Positions 10,288-22,511 of a stretch of 36,746 nucleotides of DNA are shown one piece after another. The notes under the pieces are model-generated. The model saw nothing but the letters and a program-made list of their open reading frames with translations. It made no database searches and had not been told where the DNA came from. How positions within the stretch are numbered: the first letter of the stretch is position 1; the number at the start of each line of letters is the position of its first letter. Source of the stretch: Octopus sinensis (taxonomy: Eukaryota); NCBI RefSeq assembly GCF_006345805.1, contig NW_021836873.1:1-36746 (forward strand). The letters run 5' to 3'. The position numbers were made by a program, and so were the translations under genes.

Positions 10288-10968
10288 TTTTCAGTTATTT
10301 CAGTCATCAGACTGTGGCCATGCTGGGGCAGTGCCTTGGAGGATTTTAGTTACTTACATCAAACCTAAAGTATTTTGTTTTTTTTTATTTGAAACCTGGG
10401 TATTGAATTTAAAACAAACAAGCTACTGGACAAAATCTATATACACCATTTTCTGAGCAGAGTCAGCATAACGACAGCCGTAAAGACACACTCATTCACT
10501 CACATATACACTCACACACACACACACACAAACACACACTCACACGCAAACACAAGTACGCACACACATATAAGGGAGTGCTTGAAAAATTCCTGGATTT
10601 AAGAAATACCTAAAAAAAAAGTTAATTATGATTTTATGTAGCATATTCCCCTCTAAGACTCAAACACTTATTGCAGCGGTCCTTCAGTTTTCCTAAGCCC
10701 TGTAACAGAACTTGGAAGGTTGGGCCTCCAAAGAGGCCTTTCGAGAAACACTTAAAACCGTGAACTTTTAAGCACTCCGTATATATACATCAACGTATGT
10801 GCGCATATACGATTAGCTTCCGTCACAGCTTCCATCTAACAGTTTCAATCACAAAGCGTTGGTCAGCCCGAAGATATAGTACAAAGCATTTAACTCAAGT
10901 TGCTACATAGTGGGACCGAACCCCAAATTACATGGTTACGCGGCAAACCTCTTAACCACACGACCATC
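10288..10968 (-). mobile_element. Old SINE family B copy with a nested MITE
   Basis: B tail 10288-10490, (CA)n, MITE, then B head (gtgggaccgaacccc...aaccacacgacc) to 10968. Confidence 0.7.
10573..10779 (-). mobile_element. Mariner-derived MITE
   Basis: TIR ggagtgcttgaaaaattcctgg / ccgtgaacttttaagcactcc, TA flanks; minus strand encodes QGLGKLKDRCNKCLSLRGEYAT*, like a mariner transposase end. Confidence 0.85.
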
Positions 10969-11235
10969 AGTAGCGTAGCTGGTGGGTGTGACGAGGTGGT
11001 GTGAATGGCGGCAAACTCTCACTCCGTCACTGGTGACCATGTCTCAGTCTATCACGTTTTTTTTCCATTCCGTCTATAACAAGACGATGTATATGTATCT
11101 TCATGGAGATGTGTGTAGTTGCATATACATATACTCGATTGTGCGTTTATGAAAATGTGTGTGTGAGTGTCTATACGTCAATATTACTCTAATATCAACT
11201 AGTCACTCACTCAATTGTTATTACAGGTCAATTAT

Positions 11236-11254
11236 GATAATAATAATAATAATG

Positions 11255-11300
<46 letters not shown>

Positions 11301-11331
11301 TAATAACAACAATAATAATAATAACAACAAC

Positions 11332-11387
<56 letters not shown>

Positions 11388-11410
11388 CAATTCTATTGTT
11401 ATTGTTGTTA
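11236..11410. repeat. (AAT)n tract switching to (ATT)n
   Basis: Direct reading; no body or head of the fold-back element flanks it. Confidence 0.95.
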
Positions 11411-13838
11411 TTATTTCGCAATCCTATTTTTGTTTTACCGCCATTTAATAAAAGCTAATAAATAGCAAAATAACAGCGTGTGTGAGTGTATATATATAAT
11501 TATATATATATATATATATATATTATATGCTTGTATGTGTGTACGTGTATGTATGTGTAAACTAATACACAACAAAAAAAAATCCACAGAAATATATAGA
11601 AAAGATGGTATTCAGATTGTATAGACAGTGTATGTGCGTGAGTCTGCGTGTGTTTGTATATATTCCCATATATATATATATACACGCACATATATTTAGT
11701 AATGGCGGGACTTGATTAAGCGTTTCTATAGCAACTATGTGTCAATAAACTTTATATTGAATACTGAGTAGGAAGAAAAGGATGAAGAGAAGAGCGTGTG
11801 AAGGAAAGTATTGGTGATTATTTATAAGGTGTGTATACTGTGTACATGGCGGCATAATAATAACAAGGTAACATATTTATATTGATTTCTCTCTTGGTTC
11901 GCTTAGAAGGTAAAATTTTGCAGAGCGGGGTTATATGAAGGACTGAATAAGCCGAAATGCATCGTAGCTTATCAAAATGGCTGAGGTTTGTGGTATTTGG
12001 CGGGAAGATTTAGTAAGGATATACTAGAGAGATAGAGACAAGGAGAGAAGGAAGAGGGAGAAAGTAAACAAGAAGGGGGAAATACAGGGGAGAGTAATAC
12101 TATGCAAACAAAAATAAATAAACGGAGATAGATCGAGGTTGTTTGGGAAAAGAAATTTTAAGTTCAAGTAAATTAAAGTATTGTAACTGTTTGTAAGGAA
12201 TTCTACCTTGTGGAAATGTTTTATAGTGACCAATGGTTTTAGAGCTAGTTGTAAACTACTTCGCCAAATGTTTGCCGTTGTAATCATTTCAGGAGAAGAC
12301 TTTATTTTCGAGCTGTTATAAATTTTGAAAATATTTAAATAAAAATGAATAGATTAAGTAAAATAATATAAAATAAAAGAAAAAAACCCCATAAAAATAA
12401 GGCCGTGCCTCAGTATGGCCTTTTAGCAAAGACGGTTCACACGAATGAAAGCATTAAAGAACAAGTCCTGTAAAGGCAATAGCAAACAACAACAACATTG
12501 ACAACAAAACCACAACAGGAAGTTTTAAAATACCACATCTTCTGACAAAGTACCACTAAATGTCACACTGTATCACAACATCCACACTCTATCAATACAC
12601 AGCATTTAAGTATTACATAATCCCCAGAACGTACTACAACAGAGTACTCAATCTCACAACGTACCACGTATTATCACAGTTTAGTGTACATTATAAGTAC
12701 GAACCAGAGATACGATGTCAACGTACCACACAGAAGCGCCAAGTACAACAAAATGTAGACGCTAATTCTACTCTAAAAGACCTGATCTGGAGACACGGCA
12801 TCACCAAATTCATAACAGTGACCTTACAAGAGAACCTTGTACGCAAGTGCTACACTAACGAACCTTTATTTTTCTAATACTTTTCAATTCCCCCATTGCT
12901 ACGATTCAACAAAATTAAATACAACACATGTAAATACTCACATATACATATATAACAGGCACACACATACCCACACACATACGTATATATATATATATAT
13001 ATATATGGATAGTTACGTATGTAGAAGCAATTATGGGGATAACCAAATTAGTCACATCAAATATATTAAATATATTAAGTACATCAAATACAAAATCTGT
13101 ATATATGTATTCAAGCAAAGCGAGATAAAGCAAAAGTTGGAAACTTTCAGATGATGAATTTATTTGTATAAATATATAGATATTTATATAAATAGGTCCA
13201 ACTTACATAGAGTACAAGCGACATACATCTCTGAGCATCCAGAAACAGCTGTCGGACTTATAATACTTTTCTTCCACCACTTTTATTATCTCTGTCGTTT
13301 GTACTCTGTGTAAGATGGACTTATTAATATAAATATCTATGTATTTATACATAGCAAATTCATCATCTGAATTTTTCTACCCTTTCCCTTCTCTCGCTTT
13401 ATATGTGTACATACATATATATATATTGCATTTGATGTATTATATATATATTTAACATATTTGAAGAGTGTTTCTGGTTCCACACACACAGACACCCCCC
13501 CCCACACACACACCAAACACATATATATGTATATGCATTCTCCACTCAGAATGTTACCTAATACTACATGTGCAGTGGATGCCTTTAATGCATGTATGGA
13601 AATTCCTAGAAATTTTGACAATGTTTTAAATTATATCTTTGTTCTTTTTTCATAGGCTGTATATATTCAGTTTGTTTATTGACTTACTCACATTTCGGAG
13701 TCTTTTATTATTGCTGAACTTGTCGTGATTGTAATTGAAGTTAATACGTATTTCATCACCATATTAGATTACACTTGCATTTTTGTCACCAGAGTCCATA
13801 TAAATTCTCCACCAATCTTGATGGGCTCTACCACTCAC

Positions 13839-13865
13839 CTTGAGAAGCCATGGACTACATTGTCA
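13839..13865 (-). CDS. Candidate 27-nt micro-exon (phase 2 to 2)
   Basis: tttctagcctttacag|TGACAATGTAGTCCATGGCTTCTCAAG|gtgagt; the only open frame is DNVVHGFS; acceptor lies in a family D repeat. Confidence 0.2.
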
Positions 13866-14113
13866 CTGTAAAGGCTAGAAATACCAAGCACCTACTCTTC
13901 TTATATAGTAACTCAAAGAGCTTAAATAAAGAAGTAAGCACTCTAGCTTGATCAGGTTGACCTGGGATTAAGCAACAACAATTATAACAACGAAGTGGAA
14001 CTATGACACAATTATATACCACCGTAACAAAACACCAGGTGTGCCCAACTTGCACTGAGAGATAAGAATGAAATATGTTCGAAAATATAATCAGTGACTT
14101 TGAAGGAGTGTTT

Positions 14114-14115
<2 letters not shown>

Positions 14116-14145
<30 letters not shown>

Positions 14146-14272
14146 TGTATGTATGTATGTATGTATGTATGTATGTATGTATGTATGTATGCATGCATGC
14201 ATGCATGCATGCATGTATGTATGTATGTATGTATGTATGTATGTATGTATGTATGTATGCATGTATGTATGT
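14116..14272. repeat. Compound tetranucleotide array (TATG)n(CATG)n(TATG)n
   Basis: Direct reading. Confidence 0.95.
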
Positions 14273-14326
14273 ATACACAATGCACACACACATATATACA
14301 TATATGTATGCATACATATGTATATG

Positions 14327-14370
<44 letters not shown>

Positions 14371-14373
<3 letters not shown>

Positions 14374-14580
14374 CTTTTATTTCTTTTACTAGTTTCAGTC
14401 ATTTGACTGCGGCCATGCTGGAGCACCGCCTTTAGTCGAATAAATGACCCCATACTTATTTTTTTGTAAGCCTAGTACTTATTCTATATTGCTCCTTTGC
14501 CAAACCGCTATGTTGCGGGGACGCAAACACGCCAACATCGTTTGTCAAGCGATGGTGGACGGACAAACACAGACAAGCAA

Positions 14581-14621
<41 letters not shown>

Positions 14622-14850
14622 ACACACACACACACACACTCACACACACATACACATACACACACATACATACACACACACACACACAAACACACATATA
14701 TCCGATGGGCTTCTTTCAATTTCCGTCTATCAAATCCACTCACAAGGCTTTTAGTTGGCCTGAGGCTATAGTAGAAGACACTTGCTCAAGGTGCCACGTA
14801 GTGAGACTGAACCCGGAACGACATGGCTGGGAAGCAAGCTTATTACCACG
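14371..14850 (-). mobile_element. SINE family B, near full length
   Basis: Tail tttcagtcatttgactgcggccatgctggagcacc, central (CA)n, head to 14850. Confidence 0.9.
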
Positions 14851-15321
14851 TACATACATATACGGATTCATATATATGTACATTACATATATACTCATGC
14901 GTACACTCACAAACACACCCATACGCTGAGTTAACTTGGAAAGGTAGCTAAAAAATATGGATTGTGTCTTTATGAGTTGCGTGTGCACATATGTGCGTAT
15001 GTGTCATAGTGCATATAAGTGTAAAGTGTGTGTTTATGTATGTGTTTATGTTTGTATGTGTGTGTTTATGTGTAGGTGGGCAAGAGTGGATAGCTTGGTA
15101 TCTACAAAGATAGGGTGTGATATAGAACGACTGTGGCTGATGTACATGTATGACAGGTATAAAAAACTGAATATTTAAGAAGGAGTTAGAGAAAAAAAAA
15201 ATTATGATGAGAAATAGAATTGAGAGTGGGGGAGTGTGAAAAATAAACATAGAAAACAAATGCAATGGGCGTAGTGCAACAGCGTTTATATATATATATA
15301 TATATATACGTCTCTAATTAA

Positions 15322-15369
<48 letters not shown>

Positions 15370-15447
15370 GTTATATATAGTAATATATATATATATGTAT
15401 ATATATATGTTATATATATATATGTATGTATGTATATATATATATGC

Positions 15448-15495
<48 letters not shown>

Positions 15496-15649
15496 TTATG
15501 TATATATATATTGCATGTATATATATATAATATATATATTATATATATCATATATATATATGTGCAACAGCCGTTCTTATATATATATATATAATATATA
15601 TATATATTTATCTATATATATGTATATTTACATATATACACGTGTGTGT

Positions 15650-15699
<50 letters not shown>

Positions 15700-15798
15700 T
15701 GTGTGTGTTTTCTATACCCGGATGTGTATGTGTACAAATATTTTCCGTCATTTGTAGAAAAAAAGTGAAAATAGAGGAAAACAAGGAAGGAAGAAAGC

Positions 15799-15838
<40 letters not shown>

Positions 15839-16191
15839 GAGAGAGAGAGAAGGGGAGAAAGAGTACCATATAGATCGAATGGCAGGTAGGAGTATGTGTT
15901 GAGTTATAGAGCTAGTATGGGTAGATGTTTCGACAGTGACGGGACGTTAACGCTTAATTAATTATTACAATAATTAATATCTGATTTCTATAACTTTCTT
16001 CTTCCCCCCGTTTCGTTCACCCAGCCTCCACGCTGTCGCTTCTTCTCTTCTTACGCTTTCTTTTCCTCTTTTTTTCTTTCTGTCTTTCTTTCTGTCTGTC
16101 TGTCTTTCTCTTTCCCTGTCTCTCTCTCTCACACCTACGAATAGACTTTCTTTTATTTTCGCCCTTCATTTCGTGTCGGGGTGGAGGAGTT

Positions 16192-16272
16192 ATGTTGGTG
16201 GCTGTGATTATTTGGTTTGCCTTTCGGGATCTGGCCATTTATCTACTGGACTGGTACGACAGCCACACAGAG
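16192..16272 (+). CDS. Candidate first coding exon with a hydrophobic N-terminus, unidentified
   Basis: ATG...GAG|gtaagt (consensus donor, phase 0): MLVAVIIWFAFRDLAIYLLDWYDSHTE; preceded by a CT-rich tract. Confidence 0.3.
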
Positions 16273-16693
16273 GTAAGTGTTTTAATGTTTACGTTTCGAA
16301 TCTTAAAATCGTAATTAGGGACGGTACCGCGATACACGCTCCGCATCTCAAGTGATTATAGGGAGGATCCAGGCAGCATTTGAGAAGTGTAGATGTCACA
16401 CATTAGACACAAGAAGGAGGAGTTGACAGAATGAAAGAAAGAGGGTAATTAACTAACCAGACAGAGAGGGGGGAATGAGAGAGAAGGGAGAGGTGAAAAC
16501 TAAATTACTCTCTTTCTTTCTCCCGCCGTTTTTATATATCACACAGTCGCACACATATGTATGTGAGTACCTTGGTATATATATAAATATATGTGTGTGA
16601 ATACAATATAAATGTGTATGTATATATATGAATATGTCTGTATATATATATATATATATATACACGCGTACATACACACACAAACACACAAAT

Positions 16694-16744
<51 letters not shown>

Positions 16745-16815
16745 CATTCATACATATATATACACACACATACATACACACACAAACTCACACACACACA
16801 CACACATACATACAT

Positions 16816-16877
<62 letters not shown>

Positions 16878-17372
16878 ATATAAATGTGTATGTAGAAACA
16901 TCAATGTGAATATATGTCTGTGTATACACACACACGTATATATATATATATATGCGATATGCATGTGTATAAGTGTTGCGCGCGCCCACGTGTGTGTATG
17001 TGTGTGTGTATTTTTGTATATACACTTGTAGGAATTCGGCGCACTCAAGTCAATGACGGCAAATAATCCACAGAAGAGTGACAGAGATATATTCTTAGCG
17101 CAAGATTATATATAGTCAAAGAATTGCAGGCGGTTCCAAAGATTTAGTGAGTGGCGGAGTCAGAAAATGTATTCGTAGGATGAGTAGAGGAGGGAATAGA
17201 CAGACTTTTATTTATTTATTTATTTATTTATTATTTATCTATTTTTTTTGTGGTGGAGTAAAGTTGGCATAGTTGATATTCAGGTGACAGGCGAGTGACA
17301 GGAAAGTAGATTATTTGTATATGAGGACTGCATTTCCGGAGTGAGGTACATACATACATTTACACACACACG

Positions 17373-17409
<37 letters not shown>

Positions 17410-17416
17410 TATATAT

Positions 17417-17469
<53 letters not shown>

Positions 17470-17546
17470 CACACACACATATTCATATATATACATACAC
17501 ATATTGTATATACATACACGCACACAAATATATTTATATATATATA

Positions 17547-17786
17547 TTCTTTTACTTGTCTGAGTCATTTGACTACGGCCATCCTGGAGCACCGCCGTGG
17601 CGTGTTATGTTGAGCAATTGGACCCTAGGACTTATTTCTTGCCTGGTACTTATTCTATCGGTCTCTTTACCGAACCGCTAAGTTACGGGGACGTAAACAC
17701 ACCGGCACCAATTGTCAAGCGAGAATGGTACAGACAAACACAAAGACACGCATACACACACAAACACATTATATATATATATATAT

Positions 17787-17828
<42 letters not shown>

Positions 17829-17990
17829 TACGACGGGCTTCTTTCAGTTTCCGTCTGTCAAATCCACTCACAAGGCCTTTGTCGGCCCGAGGCTATTGTA
17901 GAAGACACCTGCCCAAGGTGTCACGCAGTGGGACTGAATCCGGAGCTATGTGGTTGCTAAGCAAGTTTCTTACCACAAAGCCACGCCTGC
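17547..17990 (-). mobile_element. SINE family B, near full length
   Basis: Homologous to 34654-35097; central (CA)n(TA)n. Confidence 0.9.
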
Positions 17991-18450
17991 ATGCATAGAA
18001 ATATTATTCATACATACATGTACTATACGTACATATATATTTTATACCTATAAACATGCATACATACACACATTTATATACACAAGTGCTTAATCATATT
18101 TGTATAAATGTACACATGGATGTAAATATAGTTGTTATACATGTACACATTTTAATATCTTTACAACCAGAGTTTTTCCAGCCATGACCAATACGTCTAT
18201 TCAAAGCTTGTCTATCATTATATTAACCGATTTGTAGAGTGTATTTGAAGAAATCTGCCTATTGCTTTAAGAAGGCGAAGCGATGGCTTCGTTGAATTAA
18301 ACCATTAAAAATTATACGCATGTATTTCTCGCTCTACGGGTCGTGTTCAGTAACGAAATATAAATTGAAAGAAATGGGGTAGTTCTGATAAATGTCTTTT
18401 GTGCTTGTGTGCATGTCTGTATATGCATATATATATATATATATGTATAT

Positions 18451-18512
<62 letters not shown>

Positions 18513-18575
18513 TATATGTGTATATATACACACACACACCACACACACATATATATACATATATATATATATATT

Positions 18576-18624
<49 letters not shown>

Positions 18625-18887
18625 GTATAGATATAGGTAGATAGTTGCGCTCTACTTGGGACATTTGGATGAGCTCGTGCATAAATTCAAAATTTTATAG
18701 CACACTGTTGAGCATATCAAATCACTTTCGCTTCGTTAAAGAGCATCCGGTTCACACAGATGTGCTTACAGGGGTACACACACACACACACACAACCCAC
18801 ATATAGGCATGCGACAGCTGGGAGCACGAGTATATAAATAGATATATAAATAAGTAAATGTATATATATATATATATATCTTTTCTC

Positions 18888-19095
18888 TCTCTTTTACTTG
18901 TTTCGGTCATTTGACTGCGGCCATGCTAGCGCACCGCCTTTAGTCGAGCAAATCGACCCAGGACTTATTCTTTGTAAGCCTAGTACTTATTCTATCGGTC
19001 TTTTTGCCGAACCGCTATGTTACGGGGTCGTATTCACACCAGCATCAGTTGTCAAGCGATGTTGAGAGGACACACGCACAAACATATACACATAC

Positions 19096-19126
<31 letters not shown>

Positions 19127-19308
19127 CATACATACGTACGTACGTACGTACGTACGTATATACGACGGGCTTCAATCAGTTTCCGTCTACCAAATCCACT
19201 CACAAGATTTTGGTCGGCCCGAGGCTATAGTAGAAAACACTTTCCCAAGGTGCCACGCAGTGGGACTGAACCCGGAACTATGTGGTTGGTAAGCAAGCCA
19301 CTCCTGCA
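18888..19308 (-). mobile_element. SINE family B, near full length
   Basis: Homologous to 34654-35097; central (CATA)n(CGTA)n; small deletion in the head. Confidence 0.9.
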
Positions 19309-19356
19309 CCCACTATTTACAATTGACGGATATTTGTCCTCATCTTGTTTGTTGTT

Positions 19357-19401
19357 AGCACAACGTTTCGGCTGAAAAACCTCCATCCTTCATCAGATGT
19401 C
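19357..19401 (-). ncRNA. Minimal type I hammerhead motif, core intact, stems imperfect
   Basis: GACAT-CTGATGA-A-GGATG..CAGCC-GAA-ACGT-T-GTGCT. Confidence 0.65.
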
Positions 19402-19448
19402 TTGAGGAAATTTCGAACCTGGGTTCTCATTCCTAAGATATTTTTCGA

Positions 19449-19517
<69 letters not shown>

Positions 19518-19602
19518 GCCATATACCCATGGGCATATAGCATAGTATTTAAGAGGGCAAGCTACTAACCCCATGATTCCAAGTGACTTGAATAATAATA
19601 AC

Positions 19603-19647
<45 letters not shown>

Positions 19648-19708
19648 TATAATAATAACATCGAAAAATACCTTAGAAATGAAAACCCATGTTCCAAATT
19701 TCCTCCTG

Positions 19709-19754
19709 GACACCCGATAAAGGCTGGAGAGTATATCAGCCAAAACGTTGTGTT
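19709..19754 (+). ncRNA. Degenerate hammerhead motif (core mutated)
   Basis: GACAC-CCGATAA-A-GGCTG..CAGCC-AAA-ACGT-T-GTGTT; stems preserved, three core substitutions. Confidence 0.5.
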
Positions 19755-19805
19755 AACAACAAACAAAATGAGGAGAAATATCTGTCAAATGTAAATAATG
19801 AAATT

Positions 19806-20179
19806 TAAACATTTTCTCTTCATATACTGTATAATCATGATCTGATAAAGACAGCCAGCTTCGTTTCAATCGTGTGTTTTGATTTCATGAACTGTCCTCA
19901 AAGCCATTGCTTACAAATTATCCACTATAAATAAGTGAATAAGTAACCAGGATAAACCGATTTGCATATAATAACGCTTTCCTGTCTGCTAGCTCGACAG
20001 AGCAATTACCGACGCGTTATGCTAAACTGTACTAGAAGCTATATCTAGACATTTTAAACTATCATTGTGTGTAAGAGATTGATATAAACACCCTCCCATC
20101 AGATAGGGTCGTGGACAAAACGTGTGACCTATCGAATTAAGTTTAGTCGTGTGTTTGGAATCCATCAAAGATTGTGCCA
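19806..20179 (-). repeat. Segment X, copy 2 (inverted)
   Basis: Reverse complement of 8766-9144 with the same junction to the fold-back arm. Confidence 0.95.
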
Positions 20180-20247
20180 AATATCGGTCAATTGTAAATA
20201 ATGTAAATAATGTACATAATTCCTCATCTCTTAAATATAGAACTGTA
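20179..20247 (+). mobile_element. Detached terminal piece of the fold-back element
   Basis: aaatatcggtcaattgtaaataatgtaaataatgtacataattcctcatctcttaaatatagaactgta matches 9653-9721. Confidence 0.9.
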
Positions 20248-20263
20248 ATATATATAGGTACAT

Positions 20264-20355
20264 GAGTGGCTGTGTGGTAAGTAGCTTGCTTACTAGCCAC
20301 ATGGTTCCGGGTTCAGTCCCACTGCGTTGGAACTTGGGCACGTTTGTTCTACTAT
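20264..20355 (+). mobile_element. SINE family B head fragment
   Basis: gagtggctgtgtggtaagtagcttgc...gggttcagtcccactgcg. Confidence 0.85.
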
Positions 20356-20631
20356 ATAATGGCACTGCTGCTATTGCCATTTCAGCCACTGACCATTACT
20401 TTATTTTTATTCCAACACATAAGACAGCTATTGTGCCTACTCCCCCAAAAAGCCACCACGTGGATTCTGTTGAGACCAGTAAGAAACAATTATGAACTTT
20501 AAAAAATATTTTTGATAAGGTTCGTTTTTTCAAGAAGAACCGAAACATGTAAAATTTCTAAAATTAAAATTTATCTTGTATAGTGGCGTTTTCAAACTTC
20601 TTTTTTATAAATATATACCCAATTTATAAAT

Positions 20632-20634
<3 letters not shown>

Positions 20635-20717
<83 letters not shown>

Positions 20718-20731
20718 CACCATATATATAT

Positions 20732-20786
<55 letters not shown>

Positions 20787-20933
20787 ATTAGGCTTAGTAA
20801 AATAAATTACTTTGCCACATAATTTATTTTACTAAGCCCTAATTATATAATGTAATATTTTGAATTCGCCTTAAATGGTCCTTTTACATACTGAACACTT
20901 GGTGAAATTGATTAATTAATTTTACCCTCAATT

Positions 20934-21002
<69 letters not shown>

Positions 21003-21037
21003 ATATATATATTACATATATATACATACACACACTA

Positions 21038-21109
<72 letters not shown>

Positions 21110-21110
21110 G
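20635..21110. repeat. Long (TA)n arrays
   Basis: Direct reading; similar arrays at about 15290-15690, 16560-16960, 17370-17550 and 18420-18620. Confidence 0.95.
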
Positions 21111-21994
21111 TAGATGACATGTGCAGCATGTGTTGTTTTTTTTAGTATTTGTCTTTGGCGGTTAAAATTCTGCGTTTGTAGCACACATGTTGCTTTTGCC
21201 CAATGTTAAATAATATTTATGATAAATTAAATAAAAAGAATTGTTAGAGTTCGTTGCATCTCCAAATTAACTACGTAAACATATAACTTCATAAAAACAA
21301 CAGTATGTTACTGTTAATTGTTATTCATGCATATCGCTCTGTGTAAATGAAAATCTCATTGACGTATTAATGTTCAATATTTCTTTTGTCAGCGGATGAA
21401 ATTATCGAGCTGCTATTTATAAGAAAAATGTTACGTTTTGTTTATTTTAATAACGCGGTAGACGGAAAGAAAGAAAATCTCGCGGCAAGCTGTCAAACAT
21501 ATTTAGGTATATACATGCATATATACATAAATGCATGCATCAATGCATATTTGCATAGAAATAAAAACCTTTTAATTGGTGTGTAGTGACTAATATACTG
21601 ATAATTAAGTGTCCTCAATACCTCTCACATCTTGTAAACACTGACACACTGCAAACTCAAGCACACACTCATATATACATGCATACACACATATACGCAC
21701 ACTTATATGTACATACACGTACATGCATATAATTGCTAATATATATATGATACATAATTAACTAAATTGCTTTAATCAATTGAAATTAAGCTTGTAATGA
21801 GAAAAGAAATTGGCGTAAATGAAAATTCATTACAAAATGGGCAAGGGCGGTAACTCCAGAAAGCCAATTAACAAAACGTTAGTACAGCTGTTTCTGTTCA
21901 CTTTGCATTGCGTTCCTTTACGTGAAAAGATGTCTTAATGATTGGATCAAAAGGGATCCATAAGTAAATATGGGTGGATATAATAGCGTAATAG

Positions 21995-22206
21995 AAGTTG
22001 TTGTGTTGTGACCCTCCTTCGGTCATGAGTGACCATGGGATTACACCAAGAAGATTACCCTCCGAGGCACAGGTCTGGGCAAGGTTGTTTATGGAAGACC
22101 AGCAGTCGTCCATGCATACCAACCTCCTCTCTCCACACCACCGATATGATCCAAGGGAAAGGCAAAGGCCGATACAGCTTGGCACCATTGACGCCGCAGC
22201 TCATTT
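21995..22206 (-). mobile_element. Family F: LINE 3'-end-like (possibly RTE-type) repeat fragment
   Basis: Minus strand ggtgccaagctgtatcggcctttgcctttccc...aacaaccttgccc...cccatggtcactcatgaccgaagg then (caa)-like tail; RTE assignment is from recollection only. Confidence 0.55.
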
Positions 22207-22217
22207 ATTAACATACA

Positions 22218-22511
22218 AGTGACTGAGCACTCCACAGACACTTGTACCCTTAACGTAGTTCCCGGGGAGATTCAGCATGACACAGAGTGTGACAAGGCTG
22301 GCCCTTTGAAATACAGGTACAAGAGAAACAGGAAGAAAGAATGAGAGAAAGTTGTGGTGAAAGAGTGCGGCAGTATTCACCACCACCCCCTGCCGGAGCC
22401 TCGTGGAGCTTTAGGTATTTTCACTCAATAAACACTTATAATGCCCGGTCTTGGAATCGAAACCGCGATCCTATGGCCGCGAGTCCGCTGCCCTAACCAC
22501 TGGGCCTCCAC
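22218..22511 (-). mobile_element. SINE family C, tail type 2 (3'-truncated)
   Basis: Homologous to 24053-24432; B box gtttcgattcc. Confidence 0.9.

Larger units (their letters stand above)
19314..19800. mobile_element. Fold-back dimer of the hammerhead-bearing SINE-like element, copy 2 (more decayed)
   Basis: Same inverted arms as 9150-9721; retains the palindromic centre gccatatacccatgggcatatagc at about 19518-19541. Confidence 0.9.
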
